This document shows positions 29,937 through 39,626 of a stretch of 64,000 nt of DNA, piece by piece. The stretch lies in the NCBI GenBank assembly GCA_040772485.1, contig JAXGYC010000008.1, positions 575,891 to 639,890 on the forward strand, read 5' to 3'. Numbering within the stretch: the stretch's first letter is position 1; the number at the start of each line of letters is the position of its first letter. Both the position numbers and the translations under genes were made by a program. This DNA is from Sedimentisphaerales bacterium (GTDB lineage: Bacteria > Planctomycetota > Phycisphaerae > Sedimentisphaerales > Anaerobacaceae). The notes beneath the pieces are model-generated. The model was not told the DNA's origin and made no database searches. It saw nothing but the letters and a program-made list of their open reading frames with translations.

Positions 29937-32753
29937 ATGGTTGACAAATCGATGTGGGTGCGGGCCCTCCTGGGCGTACTGCTGGCGAGCGCCTGGGCGA
30001 GCGCCGACGAGACACAGGTCCTCTACCTCTCCGGCCAGGGCAAAGACGACCCGGTGACGTGGGAGTTCTTCTGCACCGCCGGACGCAACAGCGGCCAGTG
30101 GACCACGATCGGCGTGCCCTCGAACTGGGAGTTGCGGGGGTTCGGCTCCTACAACTACGGCAACGAACGGAGCAAGAGCGACGAGCAGGGCAAGTACCGC
30201 CGCAAGTTCACGGTGCCCGATGCCTGGGCGGACCAGCGCGTCTTCATCGTCTTCGAGGGCGTGATGACCGATGCGGAGGTGCGGATCAACGGCCAGTCGG
30301 CCGGACCGAAACACCAGGGAGGCTTCTACCGGTTCAAGTATGAGATCACCGACCTGATCAAGCTGGGGGAGAATCTGCTGGAGGTGGATGTCAGCAAGGT
30401 TTCGGCCGACGCCAGCGTCGAGCAGGCCGAGCGGCAGGGCGACTATTGGGTCTTCGGCGGCATCTACCGGCCCGTCTATCTCGAGGCGGTCCCCGAGACG
30501 TTCATCGAGTCCATCGCCATCGACGCGCGAGCCGACAGTTCGTTCCGGGCGGTCGTGAACCTCCAGGGGATCGGCCCGGATGATGCTGTCAAGGCCACGA
30601 TTATCGGCCGCAACAACAGCCCCATCGGCGGGGTTGTCACTCTTGCGGCCCCGCTCGAAGACGGCCAGACCACTGCATCGCTGACGGGCAAGGCGATCGG
30701 CATCGAGCGTTGGACCGCTGAGACGCCCGCCCTTTACGACATGGAGATCAGTCTGACCAGAGGGCGCCAGATCGTCCATACGGTGACGCAGACGTTCGGC
30801 TTCCGCACGTTCGAGGTCCGCCCGGGCGACGGGCTGTACCTCAACGGGCAGAAGATCCGCCTCAAGGGCGTCTGCCGGCACAGCTTCTGGCCCGACTCGG
30901 GCCGGTGCCTCAGCCGGCAGATCAGCTACGACGACGTGCGCCTGATCCAGTCGATGAACATGAACGCGGTGCGCATGTCGCACTATCCGCCCGATCCGCA
31001 TTTCCTCGAAGCGTGCGACGAGCTGGGCCTGTACGTGCTCGACGAGCTGGCCGGCTGGCAGAAGCCGCCTTACGACACCGAAATCGGCAAGAAGCTGGTC
31101 CGCCAGATGGTCACGCGCGACGTGTGCCATCCCTGCGTCCTGTTCTGGGACAACGGCAACGAGGGGGGCTGGAACCGCGAGCTCGACGACCAGTTCGCAC
31201 TGTACGATCCGCAGAAGCGGACGGTCCTGCACCCGTGGGAGAACTTCAACGGCATCGACACCGACCACTACGAGAGCTACGAAAGCACGCTGCGAAAGCT
31301 CTCCGGCTCGACGCTGTTCCTGCCGACGGAATTCCTGCACGGCCTCTACGACGGCGGCCACGGGGCCGGGTTGAACGACTACTGGAAGGCCACGGTCGGC
31401 TCGCCGATGGGCGCCGGCGGCTTCCTCTGGGCCCTGGTCGACGAGGGCGTCGTCCGGACGGACCGGGACGGCGCGATCGACGTGGCCGGCAATCAGGCCC
31501 CCGACGGGATCGTCGGCCCTTATCGCCAGAAGGAGGCGAGCTTCTATACGATCAAGGAGATATGGTCGCCGATCCAGATCGCGCTGGAGAAACTGCCGCC
31601 CGATTTCGACGGCCGGCTGGAGGTGGAGAACAGCTACGATTTCACGAACCTGCGCGACTGCCGGTTCGAGATCCGCCTCGCCGAGTTCCCCGGGCCGGAT
31701 GGGCGCGGCGAGGGGCACGAAACGCTCTTTAGCCGCACGTTCGACGGCCCCGATGTACCCGCCCACGGCCGGGGCGCGCTGGACCTTGGCTTGCCGGCCA
31801 ACTGGACGCAGGCCGACGTCTTGTACCTGACGGCCTTCGACCCCGACGGCCACGAGGTCTGGACGTGGTCCTGGTCGGTGCAGGACCGGGACTACTACCG
31901 CGACCGGTACGTCGCGATACGGGCCGACGAGGCCCCGCGCGTCGAAATCAGCGGCGCAACCAACGAAATCCACGTGCAGGCGGGCCCCCTGGTCCTGGCC
32001 TTCACGGGCAACAGCGGCCAGCTCGCCTCCGTCACCCTGGCGGGCAAGCCGATCGAGTTCGGACTCGGGCCCAGGCTGATCGGCGGAACTGCCGAACCCG
32101 CGAAGGTGTCATTCTCCCTCAAGGGCGATGGGGTGGTCCTTCAGGTGACGTACACCGGCGACATGGACAGCGTGCTCTGGAACATCTACCCGACCGGCTG
32201 GGTCCTGTTGGAGTACCAGTACCAGCTCGAAGGGGCGCGCGACGCGTTCGGGATCGGCTTCGAGTACCCGCAGGAGCGCGTCAAGGGCGTCCGCTGGCTG
32301 GGGCGCGGGCCTTACCGCGTGTGGAAGAACCGCACCAGAGGCGGCGTGCTCGACGTCCACCGCAACACGAACAAGAGCCACACGCCCGGCCTGACGTGGG
32401 ACTTCCCCGAGTTCGAGGGCTACTACCGCGACTGGCGCTGGGCGGTCCTCGAAACGGACCAGGCGGCCATCACGATCGTCAACATGACCGAAGACCTCTT
32501 CCTGGGGCTCTATCGTCCCGACGACGGTCCCGATCCGAGAACCACGAAACTCGACGTGCCCGAGACGGGCATCGCTTTCCTGCACGGCATCCCGGTGATC
32601 GGGACGAAGTTCCACCCGGCCGAGGCGCTGGGGCCGGAAAGCGGCAAGAACATCGCTTCGGGCACGTATCGTGGGGCGGTCTGGCTGCACTTCGGCGAGC
32701 TGGATGCCCGCCGCAGGCCGCCGGCTCTCCGGCCGGATACGGCGCGAAATTGA
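29937..32753 (+). CDS. Secreted GH2 glycoside hydrolase
   Basis: [39 protein letters not shown] and TEFLHG. Confidence 0.9.
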   Translation: MVDKSMWVRALLGVLLASAWASADETQVLYLSGQGKDDPVTWEFFCTAGRNSGQWTTIGVPSNWELRGFGSYNYGNERSKSDEQGKYRRKFTVPDAWADQRVFIVFEGVMTDAEVRINGQSAGPKHQGGFYRFKYEITDLIKLGENLLEVDVSKVSADASVEQAERQGDYWVFGGIYRPVYLEAVPETFIESIAIDARADSSFRAVVNLQGIGPDDAVKATIIGRNNSPIGGVVTLAAPLEDGQTTASLTGKAIGIERWTAETPALYDMEISLTRGRQIVHTVTQTFGFRTFEVRPGDGLYLNGQKIRLKGVCRHSFWPDSGRCLSRQISYDDVRLIQSMNMNAVRMSHYPPDPHFLEACDELGLYVLDELAGWQKPPYDTEIGKKLVRQMVTRDVCHPCVLFWDNGNEGGWNRELDDQFALYDPQKRTVLHPWENFNGIDTDHYESYESTLRKLSGSTLFLPTEFLHGLYDGGHGAGLNDYWKATVGSPMGAGGFLWALVDEGVVRTDRDGAIDVAGNQAPDGIVGPYRQKEASFYTIKEIWSPIQIALEKLPPDFDGRLEVENSYDFTNLRDCRFEIRLAEFPGPDGRGEGHETLFSRTFDGPDVPAHGRGALDLGLPANWTQADVLYLTAFDPDGHEVWTWSWSVQDRDYYRDRYVAIRADEAPRVEISGATNEIHVQAGPLVLAFTGNSGQLASVTLAGKPIEFGLGPRLIGGTAEPAKVSFSLKGDGVVLQVTYTGDMDSVLWNIYPTGWVLLEYQYQLEGARDAFGIGFEYPQERVKGVRWLGRGPYRVWKNRTRGGVLDVHRNTNKSHTPGLTWDFPEFEGYYRDWRWAVLETDQAAITIVNMTEDLFLGLYRPDDGPDPRTTKLDVPETGIAFLHGIPVIGTKFHPAEALGPESGKNIASGTYRGAVWLHFGELDARRRPPALRPDTARN

Positions 32754-32772
32754 CCAGATACTCGGAGGCCAG

Positions 32773-33222
32773 ATGAGGGCAGTGATTCAACGCGTCACAG
32801 AAGCAAAGGTCGAGGTGCAAGGGGACCCGGTCGGCCGGATCGGGCCGGGACTGCTCGTGTACCTCGGCGTCGGCAAGGACGACACCGAAAAGGATGCCGA
32901 GTTCATGGCCGACAAACTCGTGAACCTGCGAATCTTCTCCGATGACGCGGGCAAGATGAACCGCAGCGTGATCGACGTCGGCGGGGCGGTCCTTCTGATC
33001 AGCAACTTCACGCTGCAAGGCGACTGCCGCAAAGGCCGCCGGCCCGGCTTCGACGCCGCGGCACTGCCCGAGACCGCCGAGCCGCTCTATGAAAAGGTCG
33101 CAGAGCTGATCGCCCGCAGCGATGTGCCCGTCGCCAAAGGCTCCTTCGGCGCGCACATGCACGTCAGCAGCGTCAACGACGGCCCCGTCACCTTCCTGTT
33201 CGACAGCACTCGCCTGTTCTGA
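32773..33222 (+). CDS. dtd: D-aminoacyl-tRNA deacylase
   Basis: [25 protein letters not shown] and NDGPVT. Confidence 0.95.
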   Translation: MRAVIQRVTEAKVEVQGDPVGRIGPGLLVYLGVGKDDTEKDAEFMADKLVNLRIFSDDAGKMNRSVIDVGGAVLLISNFTLQGDCRKGRRPGFDAAALPETAEPLYEKVAELIARSDVPVAKGSFGAHMHVSSVNDGPVTFLFDSTRLF

Positions 33223-33234
33223 GGCGCTCGGCGC

Positions 33235-33262
33235 TAAAGAAGCGCGGCGGTTCGGCCGATGA
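33235..33262 (+). promoter_or_regulatory. Sigma28(FliA/SigD)-like promoter
   Basis: TAAA-N16-GCCGATGA. Confidence 0.5.
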
Positions 33263-33355
33263 TATGCCCTGGAGCTTGCCCCGGCGGGCCGCCAAGGCCA
33301 CCGGCCAAGTGGGGTTTCGGCAAGACCATCCCGAGTTCATGTCAGGAGTATCAAA

Positions 33356-34126
33356 ATGAAGAACACGATCGCAGCACTGTGTGTGTTGGGCGTTCTGTGC
33401 TGGGCCGCCGGCGCATGGGCCCAGGGCCAGGGCAAAGGCCGCCAGCAGCGACCGACCAGGACGGAGAAACCGGCCCAGCAGGCCGAGGCCGCCAAGGGCA
33501 AAGCAGCCAAAGACGCCGCTGCCGCAAAGGAGCAGGCCGCCGAGGCCAAGCAGCAGGCCCAGCAGAAGCGGGCAGGCCAGCAGGCCGAGGCCGCCAGGGG
33601 CAAGGCCGCCAGGGATGCGGAGGCCGCCAAAGGACAAGGCGCAGGCAAGGCCGCAGAAGCCAGGGGCAAGGCAGGCAAGGACGTCGAGGCCACCGAGAAG
33701 GCCGGCCAGGCCAAAGGCAAAGGCCACCAGCAGCAGATGCGGGCTTTCGAGGCCCAGCAGCAGCGCCACCAGGCCAAGCACATGGAGCGACAGGCTCGGC
33801 TGGCCCGGATTCGCGAGCTGGCGGTGCAGAAGGGCGATGCGGAGATGATCGCCCGCGTGGACAAGCTGATCGCCAAAGAGCAACAGGTCCACGAGCGCAA
33901 GGGCGTCCGGCTCCAGGAGCAGAAAAGGGCGATGACGGGCACGGAGTCCGGTGCGGCTCCCACGGTGCAAGGAGCGCCCAAGGGCAACGGCGCCGGCAAG
34001 AGCGGCGTCCCGAAGGCCGACCGCCCGGACGACGATGAGACGCCCGAAGAGCCCGAGGTCGAGGCCGAGACGCAGCAGGCCCCGCCGGCCGAGAACGCCC
34101 CGCAAGAGGCCCCGCCTCAGAACTGA
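33356..34126 (+). CDS. Secreted low-complexity Ala/Lys/Gln-rich protein
   Basis: AGGAG RBS, signal peptide, imperfect AEAAxGKAAxD repeats and acidic Pro-rich tail. Confidence 0.75.
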   Translation: MKNTIAALCVLGVLCWAAGAWAQGQGKGRQQRPTRTEKPAQQAEAAKGKAAKDAAAAKEQAAEAKQQAQQKRAGQQAEAARGKAARDAEAAKGQGAGKAAEARGKAGKDVEATEKAGQAKGKGHQQQMRAFEAQQQRHQAKHMERQARLARIRELAVQKGDAEMIARVDKLIAKEQQVHERKGVRLQEQKRAMTGTESGAAPTVQGAPKGNGAGKSGVPKADRPDDDETPEEPEVEAETQQAPPAENAPQEAPPQN

Positions 34127-34182
34127 GCGCTGGGCCGTCGTAAGCACCTGTCAAACAAGAGGATATCTACGGAGATCGAACG

Positions 34183-34389
34183 ATGTTGCGAAAGATCGTT
34201 GCCGTTTGGATCGTAATGCTGGTTTCGCTGAGCCTGGCCGGCTGCGGCAGCAGCGAGCCGGCCCCCGAACCGGCCAAGACCGAAGCCCAATACAAGGCCG
34301 AAGCGGACAAGGAGATCACCACCGAGAACGCCGAGGCCGAGCTCGACAAGCTCGAACAGGAAGTCGACCTCGACGCCCAGCAGCCATAG
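34183..34389 (+). CDS. Small lipoprotein
   Basis: Lipobox LAG-C; GGAG RBS. Confidence 0.75.
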   Translation: MLRKIVAVWIVMLVSLSLAGCGSSEPAPEPAKTEAQYKAEADKEITTENAEAELDKLEQEVDLDAQQP

Positions 34390-34431
34390 CCGCCCGCGCC
34401 GCCGAACAACCCTGACCACCCCCCGGAAAAG

Positions 34432-34467
34432 AAGAAGGGCTGCGACACCGCGTCGCAGCCCTTTCTT
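34432..34467. terminator. Bidirectional intrinsic terminator
   Basis: AAGGGCTGCGAC-accgc-GTCGCAGCCCTT between convergent genes, with A- and T-rich flanks. Confidence 0.75.
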
Positions 34468-34503
34468 GCACTTCAGATATTCCCCTCGCCCTCGCGCCAG
34501 GCC

Positions 34504-35496
34504 CTAATGATACAGCAGCACGAAGTCGATTTCACCGAAGCCCTGATACAACTCGGTGGTCGGCTCGATAGGCGAATACACACTCAAAACCGCGTTGTAA
34601 GGTCCTTCCTCCAAACCCTCCGGATCCATCGCGAACACCACCACCAGGTCAAGGTCGTCGTCGCCGTCGACGTTAAATTTCGTCGACAGGTACCTCTGGC
34701 CCCATTCGCTGAAGCACACGCCGGCCCCGTCCAGGAAAATGTTCGCCGGCTCCAGCGCCGTGGCGTCAAAATCTGGCGTCGATAAGATCGCCACAGGAAC
34801 CAGCACAGGAATAAACCTGGGACACCACACATAGATGCGGTTGCTATCGCTGCCCGGCCGGATGTCGATCTCAATCTCAGTCGGCCCCGGCGGGGGCGTA
34901 GTGCCGGTCACGACCTTCATGAGGGTGATCGGCAAAGTGCTGTCGAACGCCAGGTCTGTAGGAGTTTCCTGACCCACATATGTCACACGCAGCGTCTTCG
35001 GTTCCCCCGGCTCCCACGAGAGCGTCGCCCCCCCCAAGACTTGCGGCCACGTGTCCGGCAGAGGCACAGGCAGCCAGTCATCCCCCAGCAATGCGGTCCA
35101 GTCGCCTTCCAATGGGGCGCCGTCCACCGCAAACGCTGTGCCGTAAACCATCACGCTGCCGCTCTTGGCGAATACCGATCCGCCAATAGTCCCTGCAGTA
35201 ATGCTCACGAGGCCACCCTCACAGGACACAGCGCCTGTGACTTCACCCCCGGCCATCTTCAGCGTGCCAGGATTCGGATATGACGGAGGTTCTGCTGGAA
35301 AGATGGTAACGCTGCCAACGACCTCCTGACCCGTGTAAAGGGTAAGGGTCCCATCAGGCGTACCATCGGGATCTTGGTACGGGAGAGCGATTGGTCCTGT
35401 GTAGCCCAGGCCCGGTACCGCTCCAAGAACGAGCAATAGCGAAGTACACACGCCCAATAGCCTGGGCCGGCTTTCAACTCCTACACTTCTGAACAT
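34504..35496 (-). CDS. Secreted hypothetical protein with C-terminal IDIxPGS..PVAILS..FDA module
   Basis: Hydrophobic N-terminus, Pro/Thr linker, IDIRPGSDSN, VPVAILSTPDFDA and NVDGDDDLDL. Confidence 0.65.
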   Translation of the reverse strand: MFRSVGVESRPRLLGVCTSLLLVLGAVPGLGYTGPIALPYQDPDGTPDGTLTLYTGQEVVGSVTIFPAEPPSYPNPGTLKMAGGEVTGAVSCEGGLVSITAGTIGGSVFAKSGSVMVYGTAFAVDGAPLEGDWTALLGDDWLPVPLPDTWPQVLGGATLSWEPGEPKTLRVTYVGQETPTDLAFDSTLPITLMKVVTGTTPPPGPTEIEIDIRPGSDSNRIYVWCPRFIPVLVPVAILSTPDFDATALEPANIFLDGAGVCFSEWGQRYLSTKFNVDGDDDLDLVVVFAMDPEGLEEGPYNAVLSVYSPIEPTTELYQGFGEIDFVLLYH

Positions 35497-35859
35497 GACA
35501 TCGCCCTTTCTATAGAATACGAGACTGACCGCTTGCGGTCCCCGGCTTGATGGGGCCCGCGTCCTCACTGGCAGAGTTTATCGGTCCTGGGCCGCCAATT
35601 TCTTTAGGCTAAAGACACCAACACCTGCTTTCCACCCACGTGTCCTGTAACGAAGCGTCCGCAAGACGGCAGATGTTGATGCTTTTTTTTTGCGGGAGGT
35701 TCTTTTTTCGCGGGATACTCGGCACCCGCGCCATCGCCAGCCCCTGCGACTGATGGGTTTTTGGCCTTGCGGCGGGGATTTCGTAGATTTTCCTTAGGCG
35801 GGCGGGGTACCCCGTCCGCCCCGAGACCATCGTGGGGTCTTCCTGAGGAGGTCGGAAAC

Positions 35860-36354
35860 ATGCGAAGAAACGGCTTCACATTAGTTGAACTGATGATCGT
35901 CGTGGCGATCCTGGGCATCCTGGGCGCCATTGTCTTTCCCACGTACCAGAGCAACACCACCGAGGCCAAGGTCTCCTCCGCCAAGAGCAATCTCAGCATC
36001 CTGAGGAACCAGATCGAACTGTACAAGATGCAGCATAATGGCGTCATTCCTGGATATGCCTCAGGATCAGCTGTAACAGAAGGCACCTTGGCCATTCAGT
36101 TTACTGGTACATCGACAATCACGGGGGCCGCCATTGCCAGCAAGACGCCGTCAAATCCGTTCCTCTACGGCCCGTATCTGCGGACGATCCCGACCAATCC
36201 GTTCAACACCGAGTCGAACATCAAGTACTCGACGGACTTCGCGACGGATGCGGGTGTCGTCGTCAGCGGGTGGCTGTACAACTCCACGACCGGCGAGATT
36301 TGCCTGAACTACCCCGGCACGGACACCGAGGGCGTCGCGTACATCAGCTACTGA
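35860..36354 (+). CDS. Type IV pilin / type II secretion pseudopilin (GspG-like)
   Basis: Class III prepilin signal NG|FTLVELMIVVAILGIL; GPYL..IPTNPF; GAGGAGG RBS. Confidence 0.88.
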   Translation: MRRNGFTLVELMIVVAILGILGAIVFPTYQSNTTEAKVSSAKSNLSILRNQIELYKMQHNGVIPGYASGSAVTEGTLAIQFTGTSTITGAAIASKTPSNPFLYGPYLRTIPTNPFNTESNIKYSTDFATDAGVVVSGWLYNSTTGEICLNYPGTDTEGVAYISY

Positions 36355-36722
36355 CCCTGCCGCCGGCGTTTTTTCACCGAGGAGGCGCTGCGGCGGAGCA
36401 ACGGCCCCGGTCTTTCCCCTCCTTTCCCGGCGTGCCGCCGCGTCGATTCACCCCGTGCGCGGCCGGTGAATCATGCCATGTTGATGCGTTTTTTTTCCCG
36501 GCCCCTTCCGGCTGACGGCGCAACCCTCCGATAAACAGCCGCCCTTTGCCCACCGTGGTGCTGTGCGCACCGCCCCGGCCCGAAGAACGCGCCATCGGCT
36601 AATCGTCCGAGCCAAATACAGCATCGCGCGCACGTGGCATGCCGCGCGGTAGTTTGTACGTTCTACTGGGAGCGCGATTGTCGGTGCGGCGGGGTCGCAG
36701 CAAGGTCCAAGTGGGGGGCCGG

Positions 36723-38090
36723 ATGATGACTCGCATTCGCTATCGCAGAGGGGCAGCCCTCGTATTGTGCATGATCTTCATGGTCGTCCTGCTGGCCTTC
36801 GGGGCCGGCCTGGCCGCCATGTCCGGGGCAAACGTCCAGATGGCCGCCAACCAGCGACGAGCCGCCCGCGCCCTGGCCGGCGCCGAATCGGGCCTGGAGG
36901 TGATGCGCTACTGGCTGGGCCACGTCATGATGGAGGCCACCACGCCGCCCGTGCAGTACTTCGCCACGATCGTCAGCCAGGTCCAGAGCGAGCTGGCCGA
37001 TGCGAGCGTTGCCAATGTGGTGCTCGCCAGCAACGGGACCGTGCCGGCCGTAGCCATCAATCCCGACACCGGACAGACGTTCAGCGCCCTACTGGCCATG
37101 AACCCGGCCAATCCGTCCATCCTCGACGTTACGGTCACCGGAACGTGCGAAGGGGCCCAGCGGACGATCCGCGTCGGCTTCGACATCGCGCCGTACCAGC
37201 ACCCGATCTTCAACTACGGTCTGGCGACCAAGGGCCCGGTGCAGTTCCCCAACAACCCGACCACCAGCACCGTCACGAGCAACTGGGAAGCCGACATCTA
37301 CGTCGAGAGCTTCAGCGACCTGATCGCCGTGTACGTCGGAGGCAACACGAACTTCGACGGCGACATCACGATCGGCAACCCGAGCGCCGTCGTGGACTTC
37401 GCGGGCGCCGTGCAGATCGCCGGCGACGTCGGTCAGGCGGCCATCGACAACCACGTCGAGATCGGGGTCGAGCCGCTGGAGTTTCCCGAGCCCGACACGA
37501 ATCGCTTCCTGGCGTACGCCACCGGGCCGGTGGTCGATTCGGCCACGATGAACCTGACCAAGGGCATTACGCTGACCAACGCGATGATTCCCGCCGGGAC
37601 GAACCCGACGTTCGACGGGACGGTCACCATCCAGGGGGTCCTCTTCATCGAACCGCCGAACGTCGTGACCTTCAACAGCAACGTCGTCTTGCAGGGGGTC
37701 ATGGTGGGCGCCGCGGACGAGTCGACGCTGAACACCAACCAGATCAATATCGCCGGCAACTTCGCCAGCTATCCGTTCCCGAGCGACAGCCAGTTCGACG
37801 CGCTCCGCCAGGAGCAGGGCACCTCGATTCTCACGCCCGATTTCGACGTGTCCTTCACCGGCAACTACTCGTCCATCGAGGGGGTCGTGGCCGCCGGCAG
37901 CCTGTATTTCAGCGGCAATGCCAGCGCCGTTCTGCACGGTTCGCTCATCAGCTATTCGGGCGATCCGACCGTGGTCGAGGGCAACGTCTCGCTGACGTTC
38001 GACCGGGCCGGCTCCGTGAAGCTGCCCGCGGGATTCGACACCAAGCGGATTCTGGCCTACAACCCGGCGTCGTATACCCAGGTCTATTGA
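36723..38090 (+). CDS. PilX N-terminal domain protein
   Basis: RRG|AALVLCMIF hydrophobic N-terminus and ARALAGAESGLE; beta-rich C-terminus. Confidence 0.7.
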   Translation: MMTRIRYRRGAALVLCMIFMVVLLAFGAGLAAMSGANVQMAANQRRAARALAGAESGLEVMRYWLGHVMMEATTPPVQYFATIVSQVQSELADASVANVVLASNGTVPAVAINPDTGQTFSALLAMNPANPSILDVTVTGTCEGAQRTIRVGFDIAPYQHPIFNYGLATKGPVQFPNNPTTSTVTSNWEADIYVESFSDLIAVYVGGNTNFDGDITIGNPSAVVDFAGAVQIAGDVGQAAIDNHVEIGVEPLEFPEPDTNRFLAYATGPVVDSATMNLTKGITLTNAMIPAGTNPTFDGTVTIQGVLFIEPPNVVTFNSNVVLQGVMVGAADESTLNTNQINIAGNFASYPFPSDSQFDALRQEQGTSILTPDFDVSFTGNYSSIEGVVAAGSLYFSGNASAVLHGSLISYSGDPTVVEGNVSLTFDRAGSVKLPAGFDTKRILAYNPASYTQVY

Positions 38091-38111
38091 GCCGGGTCCA
38101 CCACGGACCGC

Positions 38112-38139
38112 TAAAGTTTCGCCGGGATGTGGCCGATTT
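38112..38139 (+). promoter_or_regulatory. Sigma28-like promoter
   Basis: TAAAGTTT-N12-GCCGATTT. Confidence 0.5.
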
Positions 38140-38210
38140 CCATAGACAGGCGGAACCACGGCAACCGTTGGTTTCGGAACATCTGTAGGCGGAATTGAGG
38201 AGACACTACG

Positions 38211-38687
38211 ATGAGGCAGGCAATTGCCCTGGCGGCGATTCTGGTCGCCCTGTTCCCCAGCAACGTCTGTGCCGCCGGCGATCTGGGCGTTGGCGTGATG
38301 GTGGGCGAGCCCACCGGCCTGAGCGTCAAGTACTGGCTCGACGACGAGCGGGCCATCGACGGCGCTGCAGGATGGTCCTTCGCGGGCAAAGACTCTTTTC
38401 ACCTTCACGCGGATTATCTGGTCCACCGATTCGATCTGTTCAAGAACCCTGAAGACGCCCAGGGCCTCGCCGGAACGGCTCTCTACTACGGCGTCGGGGC
38501 CAGACTGAAGGACAAGGACCACGACGGCGACACGGCGTTCGGCATCCGCATCCCGCTGGGCATCACGCACCTCTTTGCCGAGGCCCCGTTCGACCTGTTT
38601 GCAGAGATCGTCCCGCTGGTCGATCTGACGCCGGATGTTGATCTGGACCTCAACGTCGCGGTCGGTCTGCGATACTACTTCAAATAG
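38211..38687 (+). CDS. Small outer-membrane beta-barrel protein (DUF3996-like)
   Basis: Signal peptide, LGVGVMVGEPTGLSVKYW, GIRIPLGI and terminal GLRYYF beta-signal. Confidence 0.75.
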   Translation: MRQAIALAAILVALFPSNVCAAGDLGVGVMVGEPTGLSVKYWLDDERAIDGAAGWSFAGKDSFHLHADYLVHRFDLFKNPEDAQGLAGTALYYGVGARLKDKDHDGDTAFGIRIPLGITHLFAEAPFDLFAEIVPLVDLTPDVDLDLNVAVGLRYYFK

Positions 38688-38715
38688 CGGCCCACCGGTC
38701 GTAGCAGGGGTGCGG

Positions 38716-39414
38716 TCAGGCGTCGCTCCGGCCGAGCCACTGATACGCGATCCCCGCCAGCAGTGCGCCGACGATGGGAGCCACCCAGAACAGCCACAGT
38801 TGGCTCAAGGCCCAGCCGCCCACGAAGATCGCTGGCCCCGTGCTCCGCGCGGGGTTCACCGACGTGTTCGTCACGGGAATGCTGATCAGATGGATGAGGG
38901 TCAACATCAGGCCGATGGCGATCGGGGCGAACCCCTGCGGCGCCCGTTTGTCGGTCGCGCCGAGGATCACCATCAGGAACATGAACGTGAGCACCAGCTC
39001 GGCGACGAACGCCGCGAGCAGCGAATAGCCGCCGGGCGAATGCGCGCCGTATCCGTTGGATGCGAAACCGCCGGCGAGACTGAAGCCCGTCTTGCCGCTG
39101 GCGATCACATAGAGAACCGCGCCGGCGGCGATTCCTCCGACGACCTGCGCTGCGATGTAGGGCACAAGCTCCGAGCCCGGAAACCGCTTGCCCGCCCACA
39201 GGCCGAGCGAGACCGCCGGATTCAGGTGGCAGCCCGAGATGTGGCCGATGGCATACGCCATGGTCAGCACCGTCAGGCCGAAGGCCAGAGACACGCCCAG
39301 CAGGCCGATTCCCACGTTGGGAAAGGCCGCCGCCAGAACGGCGCTGCCGCAACCGCCGAACACCAGCCAGAACGTGCCCATGAATTCCGCAACCGAACGC
39401 TTCGCCAGTGACAT
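38716..39414 (-). CDS. aqpZ: Aquaporin Z
   Basis: [27 protein letters not shown] and NTSVNPARS. Confidence 0.96.
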   Translation of the reverse strand: MSLAKRSVAEFMGTFWLVFGGCGSAVLAAAFPNVGIGLLGVSLAFGLTVLTMAYAIGHISGCHLNPAVSLGLWAGKRFPGSELVPYIAAQVVGGIAAGAVLYVIASGKTGFSLAGGFASNGYGAHSPGGYSLLAAFVAELVLTFMFLMVILGATDKRAPQGFAPIAIGLMLTLIHLISIPVTNTSVNPARSTGPAIFVGGWALSQLWLFWVAPIVGALLAGIAYQWLGRSDA

Positions 39415-39626
39415 AGAATGACTCCTTTCCTTCTTGCTCCAATGGAACCCGTCCCGCACGCGTGCTGCAGCCCGCGCTGTGCGCGGGACGACAGGCCGGA
39501 CCCCGTTCAACGAGCAGGTCCGGCCCATCGACTGCGCTTTCTACACCCGGCGAGACTTCAGACCACCACCGGGCAGATTGGAGCAGGGGCGAGCCGTGGT
39601 TCGCCCCTGCGTCCATCGAGAATCCA

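Noticed and set aside
35560..35660. c-di-GMP-I riboswitch on the minus strand (GCCTAAA...ACCGA)
   Set aside because: Lacks the GGCAAA/GAAA/GACGCAAAG core and is better explained as a sigma28-like promoter.
36635..36650. Sigma54 promoter TGGCATG upstream of the pilX-like gene
   Set aside because: The -12 position reads GG, not GC.
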